From the human T2T-CHM13v2.0 reference genome, Homo sapiens, in the NCBI RefSeq assembly GCF_009914755.1, contig NC_060927.1: 64,000 nt of DNA; one strand, given 5' to 3'. The translations under genes were made by a program, and so were the position numbers. The notes under the pieces were generated by a model. The model was not told the DNA's origin and searched no databases. It saw only the letters and a list, made by a program, of their open reading frames with translations. This document shows, one piece after another, positions 55,235-64,000 of the stretch. Position 1 is the first letter of the stretch, and each line of letters begins with the position of its first letter.

Positions 55235-55403
55235 AGAAATTATATTCACCTGAGGTGCATGGTCCCTTAAATAAGTACAGACATATCAATTAATTTTACA
55301 TGTTTTACCTGAGCACTTAAATGCCAATAAAAAATTAACAAATTCATGATCTGTTATGACTATACTTCTGTAATTAACTTTGTTATTTATTTTTAATCTG
55401 TAG

Positions 55404-55530
55404 AGATGTGGTGAATCAGAAGTCTTAGATGAGAAGGAGTCTATTTCTTCATCCTCTCTTGCTGGATCCAGTTTGCCTGTTTTCCAGAATGTGCTGTTAA
55501 GGTTTTTAGATACACAGGCCCCCTCTTTGT
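55404..55530 (+). CDS. MED12L: MED12L coding exon, 127 nt, phase 0 to 1: [42 protein letters not shown]
   Basis: Acceptor ttttaatctgtag|AGA, donor TGT|gtaagt; RCGESE and FLDTQAP are conserved with MED12. Absent from the ORF track. Confidence 0.96.
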
Positions 55531-57202
55531 GTAAGTAGAGAAAACTCTTTGCCTCTAGATCTTAAATAAGGGATTGATTTTTTTTTTCTGATTCCTTTTT
55601 TAAAAATTTAGATCTTATTTAATATTCTTGGCACTGAATATAATGTATGTTTTACTGAGCAAAATTTTGTGGCATGTTTTTTCATGGAGACTTTTAGGCA
55701 ATTTTAAAATCAGTCAAGCTTCAAAGACTTTAAAATAATTGTTAAAAGTCACCTCACTCCTTCATGTAAGGAAGTAAGGTCTTGTGACATTTGTCTGTAT
55801 ATTGAATGTGATTTGGAATTTTCTCTTTTTTAGTAGTTTTCTGTATGTCTGATTTTCTAGTTCCTGCTCTTAAACATGGGAGTAGGGGGGAATCAAGCAA
55901 CAGTACTCTATAGCCAGAGGCATGGTACAAGGAAGTAATTTATAGATGCCTGGCTGCTTCTCTACACTCTCTGGGATGTTTATGTCATCTCAAGCTCTTT
56001 TTTTTGCCTTTTTAGTGAGGAGTTGAGGGTTTCTGAAATAAACAGCCACCCAGTGGGTTCAGACTGTGGGTGAACACTTTTGAAATATTTTGTGAGCTAT
56101 GTAGGCTTGAAATTATTCTGAGATTTTCATATGACAAAATGCAACAGGGAGGATCTTAAGGTAACAGAAAAATGGCAAAAAGTCAACAGCAATAGAAAGA
56201 GGGAGAAAAAGGTTGGGGAGGAGGAAGATGCTTGTGAAGAAAGAGGTAAAGCAACAACAAACAGTACTCTTCTGAGTCCTCTGAGGAGGGGCCTGAGTGA
56301 GACCTGCAGGTGAGGTTCTTTGAGACAAAGGGCTCTCTCAGTTATTTGGTGGCTTCCAGGCTAGAAGGAGAGCAAGCACTGGAGCTAATCTAGTGGTTGG
56401 AACATAGGGAGGAGTAATTCATGGAAAAGGAAGCAGAAAAGTGAAAGGACTGAAGAGATCCCTGATAGCAGAAAATATATTGTCAGGCATGAAGTTAGCA
56501 GTTGTAACTTACCTTGTACCCTGGGGGAGACAGACATTTGCCCTTTGCTTCCCTCGTTTCTTCCCCATTCTTGTTCTCTCTTTAGGAAAAACTCCTTACT
56601 CCTGTGTCTTTGCTAGTTCATCTCATTTACTGTCTGTCAGAAAAAGCTGATCTGTTCCCTGAAAGAGGCTGCTCATCACCGAGTTTGGTAGTGAGCAAGA
56701 GGAAACATTTAGGTTCAAGGTTTAGGGAACTGAGCTTAATGTTCCTTGGATAAATGTGTCTCCTATTGGTGTTTGTGAATGTGATGGTACCAAGGATTGA
56801 GCTTTGCAGGTTCATCTTACAAATTTTGAATCTTATCTTAAAGGTGTAGTCACAAAACTTTAGAGTGCAGTGACAATATTGAAAGTCATAATGTGAGTTA
56901 AATAGGCTAGTTATGAATAAAAATAATCTGCAGAGCTCCATCTTTGTGTTCTTTTTATTCAGTTGTTCCTTTTTCTTTTCCGTGGATCCTGCTTACATTT
57001 TTTTCAAACACCATTTAAATTGTGGTTCAATTGTAAAATCTCCTTTGAAAATGTGCACCCATATTCTCACAATTGCACAGACCCACTCAAGCTAGAAAAA
57101 GCAGTCATGAACTGTTTTATTAGTAAAACCAGAGGACGGCAGTCTAGTCCTGCTGTCTTTTTTTCTGATCCTGAAATTTTGCTTTTTTACATTAGTACTT
57201 GA

Positions 57203-57671
<469 letters not shown>

Positions 57672-57766
57672 TGATTGTGAAAAGTAATGAAAATATTAAG
57701 CCTTAGTAATTAGTTTTTTTCTACCACCTGCTCAAGGAATTCTTGATTGAATTTGTTTCTCTATAG

Positions 57767-57981
57767 CGGACCCAAACAGTGAATGTGAAAAGGTGGAATT
57801 TGTGAACCTGGTGCTGCTCTTCTGCGAGTTCATCCGCCATGATGTCTTCTCCCATGACGCATACATGTGTACCCTCATATCTCGAGGAGATTTGTCAGTC
57901 ACTGCCTCAACTCGGCCGCGGTCACCAGTAGGGGAAAATGCAGATGAACACTATTCAAAGGACCATGATGTGAAAATGGAG
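57767..57981 (+). CDS. MED12L: MED12L coding exon, 215 nt, phase 1 to 0: (S)[71 protein letters not shown]
   Basis: Acceptor tttgtttctctatag|CG, donor GAG|gtatgg; [16 protein letters not shown] and CTLISRGDL are conserved. Confidence 0.97.
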
Positions 57982-58592
57982 GTATGGCCCTGGATATGAT
58001 GCCCCACTCCCCCAGAAACTAAACTCTACTGGGAACCATGTTCAAATGGGTCATGTAGTGGTAGAAGAGTGATGGCTTTTTGTTGTATTCTTTTGCCCCA
58101 GTGGTTGTTTATCTCTACTTCTCGAGCAGGAAAGATATTTACACTGTAGCTTCTTATGTCTTCCAGAATTTCCCTTTGGATACTATAAAACTGTAATGAA
58201 AATAATCTGACAGGCCATAACATTTTTCATAGGATTGGAATTATATACTTTCAGTTCTAGATGTTTCTAATCTCTAGTTTTTCTTTAACATTGTGTCTCA
58301 AAACTGGACTTGTTTTGACCTTTAAGTGTCAGCTGAGTTTTCATTCTAAGAATCGTCTTTTCCCTAATGTATCATTCATTACTTATATCACTCTTTTATT
58401 CATAATGGGAAATTCTTTGTTAGTCACAACACATATTTTCATTTCAGTTAATTAAAAGTTTAATCTCTGTTTCTCAAATGTTGTAGAAGTGTCCTTTTCA
58501 ACAAATTATTTTATGCTATGAGTGTGACTTTATAATTTTCTGCCAAATTCTGGTATTTTGGATATTGTTCCAGATACTTACTGAAATTTTCA

Positions 58593-59073
<481 letters not shown>

Positions 59074-59599
59074 TCATAGTTCATACTGTTAAGGCTTGTT
59101 TTCAAAATGGTGTCGGGTTAAAAATATTTAAACATTTGTCTTAATTTATTGACAGTAGCAATTACAAGGCTAAAAACTGAAGTTCCTTTACCTGTTTACA
59201 TGTTTTCTATCCTCCTGCTTTTTCTTTTCTATTCTATAGATATTAAAGTGTCTTATATTTCAGATATAGTCTTATATTTTTCTTAATAAGAAGAGTTGGT
59301 TAAAGTATGTGATGGGAAATAGCCCAAGAAAGGAAATTGTGGACACTTGTTTTAATCCGGATGTTTGTGTGCTCTTCTCTTAAAATATCATGGAAGTTAA
59401 ATTTTCTCATGATGAGGGAAAAGAATGTGACTGTTCATAGCAAGGCATGCCTTAAAGCTTCCTTCAATTTGCGGGGAAGAAAACAATACGGGGAACAAAA
59501 GACAGAGATGGTTAAAAATCCCACTGTCATGTTTTAGCTTCAGTTTCTTGATGAACTCCAAAACTTACAATGTTACTTTCTTTCTCTGGCGATTATCAG

Positions 59600-59704
59600 G
59601 AACAGAGTATTATGGCGCATATGGGCATTGACTCAGGAACCACTAACATTTTTGATGAAGTAGACAAGAGTGACTTTAAAACTGACTTTGGTTCGGAATT
59701 TCCA
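59600..59704 (+). CDS. MED12L: MED12L 105-nt in-frame (probably cassette) exon: EQSIMAHMGIDSGTTNIFDEVDKSDFKTDFGSEFP
   Basis: Acceptor actttctttctctggcgattatcag|GAA, weak donor CCA|gtaggt, stop-free, phase 0-0. Resembles the MED12 segment [20 protein letters not shown] (recalled). Confidence 0.85.
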
Positions 59705-60539
59705 GTAGGTTCAATCTTTGATTCTTATTGACAATTAAGAATTAACCCGTTCCCATCCCAGCCTGTCTCGATCCTTCTGTGTTCTCAGAATGACTTGCAC
59801 ATTTGTGATATGTAATCTTGCCATATTCTTCCTTTGGTACAATTATCATCTGACACAATTGGGTCATCCTCAGTTTTGGTTGCATGGCCTACTCTGTAAA
59901 TTGGAACACTCCTGTCCTCCTGGTTGGCTAACTTTTTTGTTCATTTTGAGCTCATCATCATCTCATTAATGCGTGAATGTAGCTTCACGATGACAGTCCA
60001 TGTTGATTTGCTATGTATATGTTCAGCTTCTATATAATAGCTTTGGTGGCTTTGGGCCTATTATGCATTCTTCTACTTTATTTCAATATAATTATAATGT
60101 GTTCTTTCTCATGAATCACAATATATAACTTTAAAAAAAAATTGTTTGGAGTACAGACCAAAACCTTTATGTCTATTATTCATTAGTCTTACTAGTTTAT
60201 TATTATGTATATGTTTCTGTACGAAATGTAGCCCTACGAGGAAAACACTTACCCATAATTCTGCTTTTATCTTTAGCTTTCCAGGTAGTGTAGACACATT
60301 TCTTATGTGTGTGGTTGTCATTTTCTCATCTACAAAATGGAGGGTGATGCTCACAGATTCGTACTGATCTGAATATGAATTTTGTGGAAATTAACACAAT
60401 TTCTTCATATTTTTTTGCTAAGTGGTTAAGTAGGAAAAGGTGTATAAGTGTCTTATGTGTGTGTTTTGGTATGTAGCACTGTGGTTTGGTTTTGCTGGCT
60501 TTCATTTACAATCTCCAACATTTGTTTTACATGACTTAG

Positions 60540-60716
60540 ATTTTTTCTCCTATGCCTGGAGAATCCTGTGAGAATGCCAACACTTCGTTGGGCAGAAGAA
60601 TGTCAGTTAATTGTGAGAAGTTGGTGAAGAGGGAAAAGCCAAGGGAATTAATTTTTCCATCTAATTATGACCTCCTTCGCCACTTACAGTATGCAACACA
60701 TTTTCCTATACCTCTG
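60540..60716 (+). CDS. MED12L: MED12L coding exon, 177 nt, phase 0-0: IFSPMPGESCENANTSLGRRMSVNCEKLVKREKPRELIFPSNYDLLRHLQYATHFPIPL
   Basis: Acceptor tttgttttacatgacttag|ATT, donor CTG|gtaagt; RH.QYATHFPIP is conserved with MED12. Confidence 0.96.
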
Positions 60717-61003
60717 GTAAGTCATTGCTTCAGTTAATCTATACCCTGATTATTTTATTATAAGATCAATAACTGTTGAACGTCAGATTATTCAACTGTA
60801 TTCTTGACTAATAATGATAGCAGGTGAGTTTTTTGCATTTGCTCCTGCTTCTGTTCTAATTCTGATCTTAAGCTTATGTACTGAGGTTGTCCGAATTTGT
60901 AGTGATATTAGTGGCTAATTAGATTTAGAAAATGAAATTTTCTATATTAGTATCCTTTTATTAAAGAGCATTTGAGTCACTGCAGGTGATGTCTAAATGT
61001 GTT

Positions 61004-61317
<314 letters not shown>

Positions 61318-61390
61318 TAAATGTGTTCTAATTTGAAAGTAAATTTGCTGAGTAGCTTTTATGTGCACTGTATTATGGTAGGTACTTCTA

Positions 61391-61474
61391 GTCAGTAAGA
61401 GTTTTGAGGCATAGGAAAGACGGGAGACAAATGTCAGCAAGAATTTTGAGGCATAGGAAAGACAGGAGACAAAC
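61391..61474. repeat. Two-copy 42-bp direct tandem duplication
   Basis: GTCAGTAAGAGTTTTGAGGCATAGGAAAGACGGGAGACAAAT / GTCAGCAAGAATTTTGAGGCATAGGAAAGACAGGAGACAAAC; 38/42 identical, all differences transitions. Confidence 0.92.
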
Positions 61475-61933
61475 ATCTATAAATGGCAAGCCCTCAAATA
61501 CATGCAATAATTGAGTAAAAACACAAATTCTTACTGGAAGGTGAGCCAGTTGACATTTCTGGGCCCCTTCCACTCTCAAAGAATGAGTATTGGAGAGAAC
61601 AAGAGTATTTTAGTTGAAAAATTGGGTAAGACTTCATAGAGGCTTGTACAAGATAGGCTCAGATTTGGACTGGTTGAATTTAAGAATTGTATAGCAAATG
61701 GGAAATGCTTGGCAGGAAATTTACCATTTGACTCTTAGCAAAGTGATGTGCTTTATTCTAAAGTGTAACAAAATTGGTTTCTTAATATTAGAAATAAAAA
61801 TTGGGTCAAAATTTGAAATAAAAAGTTTATTCTTGGCTTCACTAACTTTTTTTCTGGATTTTTATTTTAAGTACAATTTCAGGGAGTCATTTTTTTCATT
61901 GGGTGTTACTTTTACATATAAAAAGCATAATTG

Positions 61934-62240
<307 letters not shown>

Positions 62241-62358
62241 TTACGTTACTTTCTGGGTATCTTCTAGGAGTTTTTATCAGCAAAACAAAGTATTCTGTTA
62301 AGTTATTTATTTATTTATTTATTTTGGTATTTTGGAATATCTCCTGAAATGACTTTCA

Positions 62359-62538
62359 AAATTACCAAACCCATTTATTTTTTTCTTATTACAGTTAAAA
62401 GTCTCTTTTTTTGTAATTTTTCTATGTCCAGGGCCATTTCAAAACTTGTCAAATTATCAAACCCATATTTTTTTCCTTATTACAATTAATCCATTTTTTG
62501 TTAATTTTTCTATGTCCAGGGATATGTCAAAACTTGCC
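62359..62538. repeat. Two-copy imperfect tandem duplication of about 90 bp
   Basis: Units AAATTA(C/T)CAAACCCAT...CTTATTACA...TAATTTTTCTATGTCCAGGG...TCAAAACTTG(T/C)C at 62359-62450 and 62451-62538. Confidence 0.88.
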
Positions 62539-62689
62539 AAAGTTTGTTCTTATCTATCACTGCCTGAATAATATCTATGCTTTTCTACTGTTACCTATAG
62601 ACATTATTCATTTATAATATAATGGAATAATCTCACAGTTTATTTAGGGGAGCAGAAAGAGTAGCCTTATATTTTAGAGATGTATCCTG

Positions 62690-62950
62690 AAGAATTTATA
62701 GATGAGCTATCATGATGTCTGGGATTTGTTTTTAAAATATTCTGGGTAAAAAAGGGAGACAATATTAACGTCCGGAGTTTATTTAATAGTAATATACCAA
62801 TGTTAACTTCTTAGTTTCACCAAATGTACTGTGGTTCTCTTAAGTCATTTACATTAGAGAAAACTGGCTGAATGGCATATGGAACTCTCTGTACTATTTT
62901 GCAACTTCTCTGTAAATCGGAAATTACTCTAATAAAAAGTTTATTTAAAA
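62690..62950 (+). mobile_element. Old L1M (L1ME/MC-type) 3' end fragments
   Basis: TACCAATGTTAACTTCTTAGTTT...AAACTGG.TGA..GGCATATGGAACTCTCTGTACTATTTTGCAACTTCTCTGTAAATC...AATAAAAAGTTT. Confidence 0.65.
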
Positions 62951-64000
62951 GAAAGAATTAAGGGGGGTGATAAATTAAGCAAAGATGGCAAAATGTTGAA
63001 AGTGTTTGAAACTGGTTGAATGGTTGAGGGTTATGTGTTCCTTTCTTGGGTAAACAGAGCTTTGCATGTCTCTCTCCCAGGTGTCTGGGTGTCAGAGCTG
63101 GACACTAAGCCTCAGCTTCTTTATTCTGTTGTTCCTGTGACCTTGGTTTTACAGCCTTTCCCTGCATTTAACATTCTACTTCCTTGGAAGAAAGAGCTTA
63201 AATGATTTTCAGTGACCACATGTCATAATGAATCATGAGATAATTTAACTATAACAATTCATGAAAGAACTGCTAGACAATTGATATTGTAGGATACATT
63301 TTTTAATAGCCTTCCACCACTGGTTGCCCTAAACTCCCTGTTACCATGAGTTCAATTCAGAAGAAGCCAAAGGATATGCTAATATAACACTGACTTTAGG
63401 AATGCTACTGTCTGTTTTTTTTCCCTTAATAAAAAGAGAAAATCTGACTAGCTTCTCATTGCATGTGAGGAGACTATAAAAATATGGTTAAGAAAAGTGT
63501 TTTCCATGTCCCCATCTGTCATATGGGGCCCTACTAAATGAAGACCAAAGAGAAGAGGACTAAAGGGGGCTTGACCAAAGATTCAGAAAAACAGTTTCAT
63601 GATGCTATTCTGTGAATAATACTTGATCTGCCCATTAGTGAACCATGTTTCCTAGACTACCAGCAAACACAGGTTCTAGTGGATAGGCATTCTACAGCCT
63701 GCAACTGAGGTAAGTCATTTACACTGTGTCAGATGTGTGAGGCTGCTGGAGTTTCTGTCATTACCATTAGCTAGCTAGAATTGTATAGCATTATCTTGTT
63801 GTATGTTTTGTAATAGGCACTTCATGCATTTTCTCATTTATTATTCACTGCAGAGTCAGAATATTTTTATGGAATTGTAGATAGGATTTTCAAGCTTTAG
63901 AAAATAATTTGTGAAATGCAAAAATGAGTTTGGAATCAAACTTGTTTTCCTAGCTTTCAGGAACACCATTTCTTAATCATTGCAGCTAATGCAAATGGAT

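Noticed and set aside
61391-61474. 42-bp direct repeats as a CRISPR-like array
   Set aside because: Only two abutting copies, no spacers, eukaryotic intron.

Overview
Human (primate) genomic DNA from inside MED12L (Mediator kinase-module subunit 12-like, MED12 paralog), transcribed on the + strand. I reconstructed 11 consecutive GT-AG coding exons (23211-60716, 1694 nt in total, one continuous phase-compatible reading frame, equivalent to MED12 coding exons 5-15). One is a 105-nt weak-donor cassette exon (59600-59704) that the ORF track misses. The rest is intron with Alu, L1, L2/MIR, a solo MLT2 LTR and DNA-transposon fossils, including a near full-length Tigger1. The most notable observations are: (1) a tailless 5S rRNA retrocopy with no differences from 5S and a perfect 17-bp target-site duplication (TSD); (2) an L1PA 3' fragment carrying a 15-nt 3' transduction; (3) four alternately oriented Alus bracketing the last three exons, predicting circRNAs, one with a stop-free 282-nt frame; (4) a CpG-enriched CCAAT/GC/ETS cluster with a downstream splice donor that may be an internal promoter; (5) a strong CTCF motif. 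There is no prokaryotic-type system or CRISPR array, and I cannot demonstrate a new biological system from sequence alone. Repeat subfamily calls and boundaries were made by eye from remembered consensus sequences and are approximate.
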